Assembly: GCA_048213135.1 (NCBI GenBank)
Contig: PS015009.1
Span: 372,001 to 436,000 of the forward strand
From: Reclinomonas americana ATCC 50394
Taxonomy: Eukaryota
DNA: 64,000 bases
Direction: 5' to 3'
The notes below the pieces were generated by a model that made no database searches, was not told where the DNA came from, and saw only the letters and a program-made list of their open reading frames with translations. Positions 1 through 9,881 of the stretch are shown here, in pieces (the stretch's first letter is position 1; each line of letters opens with the position of its first letter). The position numbers and the translations under genes are program-made.

Positions 1-694
1 CCTGTCCGCGAAGCTGTGCCGCCTGTCTTTCCGCTTCCGCGGCGATCTTGATAGCGTTACCTTCGGCTTCAGCCGCTTTTGTTTTGGTAATGAGTAAAGC
101 CTGGCCTTCATTTTCGGCGGCGGCTTTCAGGTTATTACTGGCCACCACCTTGCTCATACTGTTCATAATGGCCTCATCGAATGTAATATCGTTGATCTGC
201 AGATCCTGCAAATGATAACCCCAGGTTTCGAGGGTTACATCCACCTGCTCTTTTACATTTTCCACAATGTCCCTTCTTACCGATAATATCTCCGCCTGCT
301 TTTTCGTCGCTACAAAAGCACGGATACTGCCTTCCACGGTACGTACCAGCGCCTGCATGAGGTCTTTTTCGCTGATGAATTTAAATGCTACATTCTTGAT
401 CGTTTCCTCGTCCACGTTCAATACCGAATACAGCAGCATCGATTTGAAGTAGACATTGGCCTGGTCAATGGTAACCGCCTGGAATTCCAGCTCCACGGAG
501 CGGTTCTGTACGCTGACCCTTTTATATACCTGGTCAATAAAAGGCACTTTGAATTTGAGGCCGGGCCTGCGGATGCCGATGTACTTGCCGAAACGGGTGA
601 TCACGGCAATGGTACCCTGGTTTACGGTAAACAAACCGCTGAATACCACCAGTATTCCAAGAATGACCCACCAATACTCTTTAATATATTCCAT
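1..694 (-). CDS. SPFH/band 7 domain membrane protein (3' end runs off the window)
   Basis: Not in the ORF track. Manual translation from ATG at 694 gives MEYIKEYWWVILGILVVFSGLFTVNQGTIAVITRFGKY..., then the typical SPFH segments FQAVTIDQANVYFKSMLLYSV and GYHLQDLQINDITFD. Confidence 0.85.
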   Translation of the reverse strand, partial: MEYIKEYWWVILGILVVFSGLFTVNQGTIAVITRFGKYIGIRRPGLKFKVPFIDQVYKRVSVQNRSVELEFQAVTIDQANVYFKSMLLYSVLNVDEETIKNVAFKFISEKDLMQALVRTVEGSIRAFVATKKQAEILSVRRDIVENVKEQVDVTLETWGYHLQDLQINDITFDEAIMNSMSKVVASNNLKAAAENEGQALLITKTKAAEAEGNAIKIAAEAERQAAQLRGQ

Positions 695-780
695 AATAGT
701 TAATTTTAATTCAAGATAATAATTTTTAGGTAGTACAAAGGAATTTGTTGTTATCATTATCGTACCATCAACTTTTTCAC

Positions 781-1320
781 ATGCTCAGATCATTCTTTAT
801 TCTTGTACTGACCGGCTTCATGTTCACCGGCTGTTCCCAGAGCGGGACGAAGCCCGACAGCCTGCACAAACAAAAAAGCGCTCAATTCCTGTATGCCTGT
901 GGCGTCAACGCCCCGGAGGCGGGTGATTATGTCAATGATTTTGTGCACATCCTTACCAAAGAACAGGTAGCGGAACTGGATGCACTGATACAGGCACACG
1001 AAAAAAGTACTTCTAACCAACTGGCTGTACTCACCGTGGATTCCGCCATGCTGGGCAACTGTAATATTAAAGATTACGGGCAAGCCATCGGCAATGCCTG
1101 GGGCGTGGGGCAGGATAAACAAAACAATGGTGTGGTGATTGTGCTGGCGCCTTCATTGCGGCAGGTATCGGTCAGCAACGGTTATGGCATCGAGGCCCGT
1201 TTATCTGACGAGGAAACACAAAAAATAATCAACGGTATAATGACGCCCGAATTTAAACAGGGCGCTTATTTTGAAGGATTGAAAAAGGGCTTGCAGGCAC
1301 TGATGGAAAAGATCAAATAA
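781..1320 (+). CDS. TPM domain-containing lipoprotein
   Basis: YVNDFVHILT...WGVGQDKQNNGVVIVLA...ISNGYG-like (VSNGYGIEARL) TPM signature. Lipobox-like FTGC. ATG at 781 preferred over 745. Confidence 0.85.
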   Translation: MLRSFFILVLTGFMFTGCSQSGTKPDSLHKQKSAQFLYACGVNAPEAGDYVNDFVHILTKEQVAELDALIQAHEKSTSNQLAVLTVDSAMLGNCNIKDYGQAIGNAWGVGQDKQNNGVVIVLAPSLRQVSVSNGYGIEARLSDEETQKIINGIMTPEFKQGAYFEGLKKGLQALMEKIK

Positions 1321-1323
1321 TAT

Positions 1324-2571
1324 TTAGCTGTTCTCTTCCCATATGGCAGCCAGGTGAACGATAGTCTCCGAAGCTTTGGCCATATCTTTTGTACCGATCC
1401 ACTCCAATTTGCTGTGGATGCCCTGCATGCCTGTAAAGATATTAGGGCAAGGCATCCCGATATAACTGAACCGGCTGCCGTCTGTTCCGCCGCGGATGCT
1501 TTCTTTTTTAACCGTAAGCCCGGCCCGTTGAATGGCTTCTTCAGCATAGGTTGCTACATACGGGTACTTGTCAAGCACTTCCTTCATATTCCGGTATTGT
1601 TCCTGCGCCTGGTATTCCACAGTTGCCCCGGGAAAACGGGCCACCACTTCTTCAGCGATGGCTTTCAGGCGGGCATGATGCTGCTCCAGCCCGGCAACGG
1701 TAAAATCCCTTACAATAAACTGGATCGTTGCTTTTTCCGCGATACCATTTACCGCAGTGGGATGCACAAATCCCTGCCGGCCTTCTGTTGTTTCAGGACT
1801 CCATTCATTTTCAGGAAGCGCATCAAGTACAGCACCGGCGACTTTGAGCGCATTAACGAGTTTGTCTTTGGCATAACCCGGGTGAACGATCACGCCATGG
1901 ATGGTGATCACGGCACCGTCGGCACTAAAGGTCTCATCTTCCAGGCTGCCGGCTTCACCTCCGTCGAGTGTATAACCAAACTGTGCGCCCAGTTTTTGCA
2001 TGTCCACTTTCGCTGTGCCTTTACCCACTTCTTCATCGGGGGTAAACAGTATCCTGATATCGCCGTGTTGTACAGAAGGATTATCCATAAAATATTTCGC
2101 GGCCTGCATAATTGCCGCCACGCCACTCTTATCATCGGCACCTAACAGGGTTAAACCACTGGCGGTAATAATGTCGTTGCCAATGTGCTGTTCCAGGTAA
2201 GGCGCTTCACTTTTTTTCAGTACCTGTGTTGTATCGTCGGGCAATACAATATCCTGTCCCTGGTAATTGGTGTGCAGGATAGGTTTAACCTGGAAGCCGC
2301 TGCAGTCGGGAGCAGTATCCACATGCGAGCAGAAACAAATTACCGGCACCTGTTTGGTGGTGTTGGAAGCAATGGTTCCATACACGTATCCATACGCATC
2401 CGTTTCGGCGTCGGCAATGCCCATCTCCAGCAATTCCTGCTGCAACAGGCGGCTCAGGTCTTTTTGCTTTTCGGTAGTGGGATAAGAAGACGCGGTAGGA
2501 TCGCTTTGTGTATCGATCTTTACATAGCGCATGAAACGTTCGGCGACAGCGGCGGGATTGATCTGTATCAT
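1324..2571 (-). CDS. pepT: Peptidase T (M20B tripeptide aminopeptidase)
   Basis: SHVDT, LLGADDKSG, FTPDEEVG, YTLDGG and IRGGTDG motifs. Likely start MIQINP at 2571. Confidence 0.95.
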   Translation of the reverse strand: MIQINPAAVAERFMRYVKIDTQSDPTASSYPTTEKQKDLSRLLQQELLEMGIADAETDAYGYVYGTIASNTTKQVPVICFCSHVDTAPDCSGFQVKPILHTNYQGQDIVLPDDTTQVLKKSEAPYLEQHIGNDIITASGLTLLGADDKSGVAAIMQAAKYFMDNPSVQHGDIRILFTPDEEVGKGTAKVDMQKLGAQFGYTLDGGEAGSLEDETFSADGAVITIHGVIVHPGYAKDKLVNALKVAGAVLDALPENEWSPETTEGRQGFVHPTAVNGIAEKATIQFIVRDFTVAGLEQHHARLKAIAEEVVARFPGATVEYQAQEQYRNMKEVLDKYPYVATYAEEAIQRAGLTVKKESIRGGTDGSRFSYIGMPCPNIFTGMQGIHSKLEWIGTKDMAKASETIVHLAAIWEENS

Positions 2572-2628
2572 AGTCAAAAAATAGTCTGGTAAAAATAAGG
2601 AATCCCCTGCCAAAGTTTGCGGGAAAAG

Positions 2629-2653
2629 AAAAGGCAACCCGGGGGCTGCCTTT
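2629..2653. terminator. Intrinsic terminator hairpin downstream of the PPIase gene
   Basis: AAAAGGCAACCC-GG-GGGCTGCCTTT stem-loop. Confidence 0.6.
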
Positions 2654-2675
2654 ATAAAATGGTCATTGAAATAGA

Positions 2676-3107
2676 TTAAACTACGATCTCTACGAGTTCG
2701 ATATCAAAAACGAGTTCTTGTCCTGCCAGGAAATGATTGGCGTCGAGTACAATAACGTCGTCTTCAACTGCGGTTACCACCACAGGAAAAGGTTGCCCCT
2801 CCTGGTTGCTGAGGGTAAGCTGCATACCCGGTTCGATCTTCATATCGGCAGGTACGTTCTCTTTAGGAAAACGGATAACAGCATTGGGATCTTTTTCACC
2901 GTAAGCGTCTGCTGCAGGAATATTGATCGTCTTTTTATCACCAATGTTCATCCCTGGCAGGGCGGCATCAAAACCCCTGATCATTTGGCCGGCGCCAACG
3001 GTAAACTCCAGCGGTTCGCGACCGGCAGAGGAATCAAATTGTTCCCCGTTTACCAGCTTGCCGGTATAATGTACCCTTACTAAGTCTCCTTCTTTAACTT
3101 GTTGCAT
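2676..3107 (-). CDS. FKBP-type peptidyl-prolyl cis-trans isomerase (SlyD/FkpB-like, no His-rich tail)
   Basis: VRVHYTGKL..G..FDSS, GAGQMIRGFD, LDANHFLAGQELVFDIEL. Confidence 0.92.
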   Translation of the reverse strand: MQQVKEGDLVRVHYTGKLVNGEQFDSSAGREPLEFTVGAGQMIRGFDAALPGMNIGDKKTINIPAADAYGEKDPNAVIRFPKENVPADMKIEPGMQLTLSNQEGQPFPVVVTAVEDDVIVLDANHFLAGQELVFDIELVEIVV

Positions 3108-3298
3108 GATGTATTTTTTCTGTTTTTTTTATTTGACAGGAAACGGTATTCCTGTTGACCGATGTCGGTCTGTTTGGCGAAGAATCCCCTGCACGCCTGT
3201 TATCCAGGTACGGTGGTGTTAGAGCATGATTCGCAAAAACATTGCAAAATTACCATATAATCCCCATTTGAATCGACAATTTTCCCCAAATTTGGAGC

Positions 3299-4531
3299 AT
3301 GAAGACATTTATCTGCCTCCTTCTTCTTGTTACCTGCCTGGGCGGGCCTGTGCTGGCACAGGACAGTAAAGTGATCACCGGCGCCGACCGTATGCATGTA
3401 TACCTGCCCATGATCAAGGGTAAATCGGTAGCGGTATTTGCCAATCCCACCAGCCTCGTTAACGGTACCCACCTGGTCGATACCCTGCTCAAAAGCGGTA
3501 TACGTATCGTAAAGATATTCGGACCTGAACACGGCTTCCGGGGTGATGCGGACGCCGGTGAGCATGTGGCTGACGCGAAAGATAAGAAGACCGGTATCCC
3601 TGTGATCAGCCTGTACGGCGATCATAAAAAACCAACACCCGAGGACCTGAAAGATGTGGATGTGCTCATTTTCGACATACAGGATGTGGGTGTTCGTTTC
3701 TATACCTATATTTCTTCCCTGCAGTATTACCTGGAAGCAGCGCTGGAAAATCATAAACCCCTGCTGATACTGGACCGTCCCAACCCGAATGGTTTTTATG
3801 TTGACGGACCGGTACTCGACATGAAGTACAAGAGCTTCATTGGCATGCAACCCATCCCTATTGTATACGGCATGACCATTGGCGAATACGCCATGATGCT
3901 GGCCGGGGAGAACAGGCTGTCTGATAAAGCCAACGCCATCAACGCGTACAACATTACCACTGAACCAACCGTAGATACTCCTTTCCATATTCAGGTGATC
4001 AAGTGCAAAAATTATGATCACAAAACAAAGTATATACTGCCGGTGATGCCTTCGCCAAACCTGAAAGAGATGCAGAGTATTTACCTCTACCCTTCCACCT
4101 GTTTTTTTGAAGGCACGGTGCTGAGCGAGGGACGGGGTACAGATAAACCTTTCCAGATATTCGGGCATCCCGCGCTTCCAAAAAATCTTTACAGCTTTAC
4201 ACCCAAGCCTAATGCAGGTTCCAAAAGCAGTAAATGTTTTTACCAGTTGTGTTACGGATGGAACCTCTCCGCAAGCAATGAATCGGTCCTCAAAGACCTT
4301 GATGGCAGAATTCAGTTAAAATATCTTCTCGAAGCCTACCGCTTATTCCCGGGCAAAGACAGCTTCTTCCTCAAAAACAATTTCATCAGCAAACTGGCGG
4401 GCAACGACCTGCTGGCACAACAGGTACGCGACGGAAAATCAGAAAAAGAGATTCGTGACAGCTGGGTACCTGCGCTCACCGAATTCAAAAAAGTGAGAAA
4501 GAAATATTTGCTGTATGATGATTTTGAGTAA
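3299..4531 (+). CDS. DUF1343 family exo-beta-N-acetylmuramidase (NamZ-like)
   Basis: Signal peptide, FGPEHGFRG, FDIQDVGVRFYTY, LDRPNP, SEGRGT. Confidence 0.9.
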   Translation: MKTFICLLLLVTCLGGPVLAQDSKVITGADRMHVYLPMIKGKSVAVFANPTSLVNGTHLVDTLLKSGIRIVKIFGPEHGFRGDADAGEHVADAKDKKTGIPVISLYGDHKKPTPEDLKDVDVLIFDIQDVGVRFYTYISSLQYYLEAALENHKPLLILDRPNPNGFYVDGPVLDMKYKSFIGMQPIPIVYGMTIGEYAMMLAGENRLSDKANAINAYNITTEPTVDTPFHIQVIKCKNYDHKTKYILPVMPSPNLKEMQSIYLYPSTCFFEGTVLSEGRGTDKPFQIFGHPALPKNLYSFTPKPNAGSKSSKCFYQLCYGWNLSASNESVLKDLDGRIQLKYLLEAYRLFPGKDSFFLKNNFISKLAGNDLLAQQVRDGKSEKEIRDSWVPALTEFKKVRKKYLLYDDFE

Positions 4532-4533
4532 GA

Positions 4534-4642
4534 AGTACGGGATACATGATATGAGATACGGGATACCAGATACCGGATATGATGATCATACAAACTCCCT
4601 GGACCAAACGCATTCGTAATTCGTAATTGTCAATTCGTAATT
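4534..4642. repeat. Two heptamer tandem arrays (GATACNN x7, then AATTCGT-type x4)
   Basis: AGTACGG GATACAT GATATGA GATACGG GATACCA GATACCG GATATGA at 4534-4582. CATTCGT AATTCGT AATTGTC AATTCGT AATT at 4611-4642. Confidence 0.85.
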
Positions 4643-4650
4643 AACCTCTC

Positions 4651-4695
4651 CTACTTTTTGGGTAGACACAACGCCCCATCGCTGTACTATTTTTA
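4651..4695 (+). promoter_or_regulatory. Operator-like box CTACTTTTTGGGTAGAC plus a -7-like element (TATTTTTA, 4688-4695)
   Basis: 15 nt identical to 9764-9778, with the same distance to a TAnnTTT element. CTAC/GTAG dyad. Confidence 0.6.
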
Positions 4696-4757
4696 CATCT
4701 TCACTTTACCCCTCTTCCGGCAATCTGAAATGATCATTCATCATTAAAAGAATTGTT

Positions 4758-6050
4758 ATGCCAAGACTCAACTTTGTACCCGCCAGGGATGGCTTCCATT
4801 TTGCCAACAGCTTCACCAATAACCTGCCGCTGGGCATCAAGACCTACGGACTTTGCGGCGGTATGGGACTCGCTGCTTTTTCCTACATGACGCACCAGTT
4901 GCCTATTCCCACACACGCGACCGGCAACGCCGATTTTGTAAATACGGAAGATGTGCCACCGGAAGGAACAAGACTCCGCCAGTTCATATTCGACCGGCAG
5001 ATGGATACGTTCCTGTTCGCGGCTCCTTTCCTGGTAATGCCCTGGGATAATAATGCCGGCTGGCATTTCAGGTCCTGCATGACAGAGTTCAATAACATCA
5101 AACGCATCATCGACCGGGGCAATTTCAGCCTGCTGGGTTTAAGAGGAGCACAGTTGGTAGGCGATGGCGGTGGTCACCAGGTATTGGTGTATGGTTACGA
5201 TGAATCACCAAAGCGTTTATACATATACGATAGTAACTTCCCCGACAGGGAAATAGTGCTGCTTATAGATGAACCTGCCATGCAATTGCTGCACAACGGG
5301 AACGCCGGCTCTTATTCCTCCTTCTTCAATATGATGGAACTGAATCCGCGGACACCCAATGCGTATATTAAACCGTACTATATCGACCTGGGTATTAAAA
5401 GCGGGCTTACTATTTCTGCTAACCCCAAACTGGGTGGCCGCGTCAGCTTCTCTGCAACCATAAAAAACTACGGCGAATTCAACGCACACGTAGATTCCTT
5501 CCTCATCTGGTTACGCGATCCTTCCGGTCGCAATGTGGACTATATGACCGGCGGTATGAAACCCAATCCCCTGTTCATTCCTAAAGGGCAGGAAATCACC
5601 ATCAGTGGCGAATCCCAAGCTTTTGGCACTGTAGAGGGTGTTTACCGGGCAGGCGTTTGCTACCTGTCCAAACAGGGCCAGTGGATCAATATCCCCGCCG
5701 TGGAAAACAACAGCAGGAGCCAGCTCGATTTCTTCGTTGGCAGTATGCATGTAATGGATGCGATGGTGCAGCCATTCCCGGTTCCGTTGCATACACCCGT
5801 GCAGGTGCATATCAGCGCCGTGGACCGTGGCAGTCACCAGCCCGTAAATGCCGAAGTATATTACGATAACAGGAAAGTGGGTACTGCCAATACCCCATTC
5901 TCCCTAACGCTTAACCCTAAACGAAAAATAGTTTGGGTAAGAGACGGCAACCGCATGGTAAAGGAAATAGTGGAGTACGTACCCCTGGCAGAACTGAGGG
6001 CCAGCGGCTATCCTACAGCATATGTGGATATCAGTGACCTGGGGAACTAA
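4758..6050 (+). CDS. Uncharacterised protein: putative papain-like Cys-His-Asp catalytic domain plus C-terminal Ig-like beta domains
   Basis: GLCGGM (Cys), GGHQVLVYGY (His), LYIYDSNFP (Asp) occur in papain-fold order. Beta-rich C-terminal part (VSFSATIKNYG..). No obvious signal peptide. Confidence 0.6.
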   Translation: MPRLNFVPARDGFHFANSFTNNLPLGIKTYGLCGGMGLAAFSYMTHQLPIPTHATGNADFVNTEDVPPEGTRLRQFIFDRQMDTFLFAAPFLVMPWDNNAGWHFRSCMTEFNNIKRIIDRGNFSLLGLRGAQLVGDGGGHQVLVYGYDESPKRLYIYDSNFPDREIVLLIDEPAMQLLHNGNAGSYSSFFNMMELNPRTPNAYIKPYYIDLGIKSGLTISANPKLGGRVSFSATIKNYGEFNAHVDSFLIWLRDPSGRNVDYMTGGMKPNPLFIPKGQEITISGESQAFGTVEGVYRAGVCYLSKQGQWINIPAVENNSRSQLDFFVGSMHVMDAMVQPFPVPLHTPVQVHISAVDRGSHQPVNAEVYYDNRKVGTANTPFSLTLNPKRKIVWVRDGNRMVKEIVEYVPLAELRASGYPTAYVDISDLGN

Positions 6051-6154
6051 TTACGAATGATCAATTACGAATTACAAATACCTTAAACCATTGCCCGTAT
6101 TAATAATACTTTACAAATCAAAGCGACGTAATTCGTAATTTGTAATTCGTAATT
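6049..6154. repeat. Inverted pair of heptamer arrays (AATTACG)n ... (AATTCGT)n
   Basis: The arrays at 6049-6079 and 6127-6154 are reverse complements in unit sequence. The left arm overlaps the TAA of the upstream gene. Confidence 0.85.
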
Positions 6155-6159
6155 AAACC

Positions 6160-9061
6160 ATGCGGAATCTCCTGCTCATCATACTCTTCTTTACCAACTG
6201 CACAGTTCAGGCGCAGCACTATGAAACCTATACACCCGCTAACGGCCTTGTAGATGCCAGGGTGAACAGGATGGTACAGGATCAGTGGGGAAGGTTATTG
6301 TTTCTTACCAGGGACGGGGTAAGCATTTTCGACGGGCAAAGAATCACCAACTATACCGCCGTAAACAACAAGCCGCTCGGCATTGTTAATGGAGATCTCC
6401 AATACGCGGACGGCAGGTTACTGCTGGGAACTTTCAGCGGCGAATGGATCAGCTGCGACAGGAACGGGTTGAGCAGCAGCAATACATCGCTTCTTCGCCT
6501 GACCGAAATATCAGGTGTGCTGCCCTGCGGTAAAGATGAGTTTTTCATTTTCTCTAACAACGGTATTTTCCGGTACACGCCTTCCGGGTTTAACCAGTTG
6601 AGGGGACATACCAGCCATGATTCCCTGCTGCTCTGTTTTACAGGCAACCGGGTATTATCCGGCCGGTATATGATATTCAACCGCTGGCAGAGTGATAAAC
6701 AGGCAATGTATTGTTTCGATACACAATCATTACTCATCACCGACTCAATGAATATTCCGTCTTTCACGCTCGTAAAAGGAAAGGACAGTCTTATTTATTT
6801 TACCAATGACAAAGGCGTTTTTCAACTGAACCAGCAGGCCCTGCAAAAAGGACAACTTAAAACGATTGCACCTTCCTTCCACGCACTCTTACCAAAAGAC
6901 ACCGCTGTCGGCAATATTTTTTTTTGATAACAGCAATGCCCTGTGGCTGATAGGTATTTCCAATGGTTGCTGGCGGATCGACATGAAAACCGGCGAGCGG
7001 AAACTTTACGGCACTGCCGAAGGTTTACTGCCCGGTGTCACCTCCTGTTTCCAGGACAGGGAAAACAACCTGTGGTTCATTGCCCCGGGTAAAGGCGTAC
7101 AGAAACTCCGTCAAAGCCGTTATGAAGAATTCTCCGCAATAGGATCACCTCCGGGTGCCAATATTTATTACTGCAATACCGATGAACGGGGTGATCTGTT
7201 TTATGTAACGGCAAAACATACCTGGCTGCAAAAAGGAGCAACAGCCCACCAGCACAGCCTGGCGCCGGCTTCTATGGCTCGTCCTGTATATTACTGGAAC
7301 AGCAGCAGCTGGACATTCAGGGATCATAATACACTTATCAGTGATAAAGGAAAGGAAATATCGCTTCGTCGTGGCGCTTTGGGCAATACGGCATTCTATC
7401 CTTCTTCCTATGGTGTTATTGACAACGCCGGCAACCTCCTCATTTCCGGCACACATGCTTCGCTGATCAGGCGTGACCTTACCGTGTTACCGGCTCCCCT
7501 GCCTTATTTCTGCGATAATGCCGTAATGACCGAACCGGGTAACTACTGGTACTTCTGCCGCAACAACGACATCCTGAATTACAGGCTGGTAAAGGACTCC
7601 ATGGTGTTGCAATCCCGTATAACCATAAAGGAACTCTCGCCCCGTTACGCCATGCACTGGAACCAGGACAGTTTTTGGGTAGCTACCCGCGACTTCGGTA
7701 TTGTTCTGTTATCCATAAGAGGAAATCATTATCATGAACTGGGCCGTATTACCCGCACATCCGGGTTGTCGAATAATTTCGCGGAAGTACTCCTTCGTAT
7801 CAACAGCAACCAGGTAGCGGTAGGCACCGCCTCCGGGCTCGACATCATCAGCATTAACGGTAAAGACACGCTGATAGAAAATGTAGCCTCACGCGATAAT
7901 CATTTTGAAGCGGTAACACGTGTGGTGGCCGACAATACCGGCACCATCTATTCCCTTACCGAAGGCTCCAACTTATACAGGTACAACCCCTCCCGCACCA
8001 TCGGGTCCGGTTTCGATCCGCAGGTATGGCTGCATAAAATTGTGGTGAATGGCAAACCTTATACCACGCAGGAAAATTCATTTAACTACCTGTCCAATAA
8101 CTTTTCCTTCTCCGTTGCTGCGCCTTCTTTTATCGACAGCCGCAATATCCTTTATCGTTTTGAACTGGATAACGGCTCCGCCAAATGGCAGCAGTTCAGC
8201 AACAAACCCGATTTCGACATCAATAATTTACAACCCGGCGATTATACACTTACCGTCATGGTAAGATTTCCCGGCAGGTTATATCCCGATAAAACCATCA
8301 GCTATCATTTTAGTATACACACGCCTTTCTGGAAAACCTGGTGGTTCATTCTTTCACTGGTGCTGCTTACCGGTACGCTCATTTTCCTCGCCATACGAGG
8401 TTTTTACCGTAAAAAAATTGAACGGCAGAAACGGGAGATCGAAAAACAACAGGCCATTGAAAAAGAGCGGAACCGCATCAGCCGCGATATGCACGACGAC
8501 CTGGGCAGCGGGCTTACCAAGATTGCCATATTAAGTGAAGTGGTAAAGAAACGCTGGAACGAACCTGAAAAAGCCAGGGAACAACTGGAAAAGATCGCCG
8601 ACTCTTCCCGAGAACTGGTCGACAACCTGCAGGACATCATCTGGGTGCTTAATCCAAAAAATGACACCCTCGAAAGCCTGGCCGCCTACATCAGGGAATA
8701 CGCGTTAAAATATTTTGAATCGATAGATGTGGCCGTACATTTTGATTACCCGGTACAGTTCAGGAACACCCGCCTCTCGGAAGAATTACGCCGCAATGTT
8801 TTTCTTACCATCAAGGAAAGTTTCAACAATATACTCAAGCATGCCTGGTGCAATACCGTGAAAGTAAGTATTGAAGAGGAAGACAACAGGATACGGATAC
8901 AACTGGAAGATGATGGAAAGGGGTTCGATATACAGGCCGTTCGCCCTTTTGCCAATGGCTTAAAGAATATGCAGAACAGGATCGAACAGCATGGCGGGCT
9001 TTATCATATCGATTCATTGCCGGGTAAAGGAACGGTGACCACACTGGAGTTCACAGCTTAA
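6160..9061 (+). pseudogene. Sensor histidine kinase (periplasmic beta-propeller, Y_Y_Y, TM, HisKA_3, HATPase), frameshifted at a T9 run (6917-6925)
   Basis: ORF 6160-6927 (signal peptide, MVQDQWGRL propeller repeat) and ORF 6866-9061 (NLQPGDYTL Y_Y_Y, PFWKTWWF TM, RISRDMHDDLGSGL, EDDGKGF, NGLKNM) join into one frame of about 966 aa if one T is removed. Confidence 0.85.
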
Positions 9062-9104
9062 CACTTTTTTGTTAGTCACCGCCCCGGCAGGTAGCCTATA
9101 TTTA
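9061..9104 (+). promoter_or_regulatory. Degenerate copy of the operator box (ACACTTTTTTGTTAGTC) plus TATATTTA upstream of the response regulator
   Basis: 13/17 match to the 9762-9778 box. Spacing to the -7-like element is within 1 nt of the other two copies. Confidence 0.4.
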
Positions 9105-9119
9105 CCATTAACAACGCAT

Positions 9120-9743
9120 ATGGAGATCAGTGTAGTTATCATAGAAGACATCAGGGAGATCAGGGAAGGCCTGGCATTGCTGATCGGCAGCAGTGAAGGA
9201 TTTAACTGCTTACAAACGTTTACCACAGGTGAAGAAGCCATGGAAAAACTCCCCGCGCTTTATCCTGATGTGGCGCTGATGGACATTAATCTGCCCGGCA
9301 TCAACGGCATTGAAGCCGTACGCAAACTGAAAGCGGAGTGTCCGAAGACACAATTCATTATGAGTACGGTGTATGAAGATGATGAATCGATCTTCGAATC
9401 GCTGAAAGCCGGCGCCAGCGGTTACCTGCTCAAAAAAACAGCGCCCTCCAAAATACTCGATTCTATTTCCGAAGTGTACCACGGCGGCTCGCCCATGAGC
9501 AGCCAGATTGCCAGGAAAGTAATCGCCTCCTTCCAGGAAAAACAATCCATCGACGATTCGGCCTTGCTTACCCAGAGAGAAAAAGAAATACTGAAATCAC
9601 TCGCCAAAGGATTAAGGTACAAAGAGATCGCCGCCGAGCTCGGCATTGGCATTGAGACCGTTCGCACACATGCCCGTAACATCTATGAAAAACTGCAGGT
9701 ACAAAGCCGCGTGGAAGCCATCAATAAAATAATGGGCAGGTAG
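9120..9743 (+). CDS. NarL/FixJ (LuxR-type HTH) response regulator
   Basis: REC domain IIED..DVALMDINLPG..GYLLKK and HTH LTQREKEIL..GLRYKEIA..TVRTHARNIYEKLQV. ATG at 9120. Confidence 0.95.
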   Translation: MEISVVIIEDIREIREGLALLIGSSEGFNCLQTFTTGEEAMEKLPALYPDVALMDINLPGINGIEAVRKLKAECPKTQFIMSTVYEDDESIFESLKAGASGYLLKKTAPSKILDSISEVYHGGSPMSSQIARKVIASFQEKQSIDDSALLTQREKEILKSLAKGLRYKEIAAELGIGIETVRTHARNIYEKLQVQSRVEAINKIMGR

Positions 9744-9761
9744 AATCATTCCATATATATC

Positions 9762-9806
9762 CCACTTTTTGGGTAGACCATACCCCTCTTCTCCGTTGTA
9801 ATTTCA
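9762..9806 (+). promoter_or_regulatory. Operator-like box CCACTTTTTGGGTAGAC plus a -7-like element (TAATTTCA, 9799-9806)
   Basis: Matches the 4651-4667 box, with identical spacing to the TAnnTT element. Confidence 0.6.
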
Positions 9807-9881
9807 TCTTCTAATAACCGCCCTAAGCCGCACTATTGTATGCCGGTACAAAAGGCATATACCACCATCAAACTGACCAAT

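Noticed and set aside
4534-6154. CRISPR interpretation of the intergenic repeats
   Set aside because: The units are 7-bp tandem repeats without unique spacers of constant length, and no cas genes are present.
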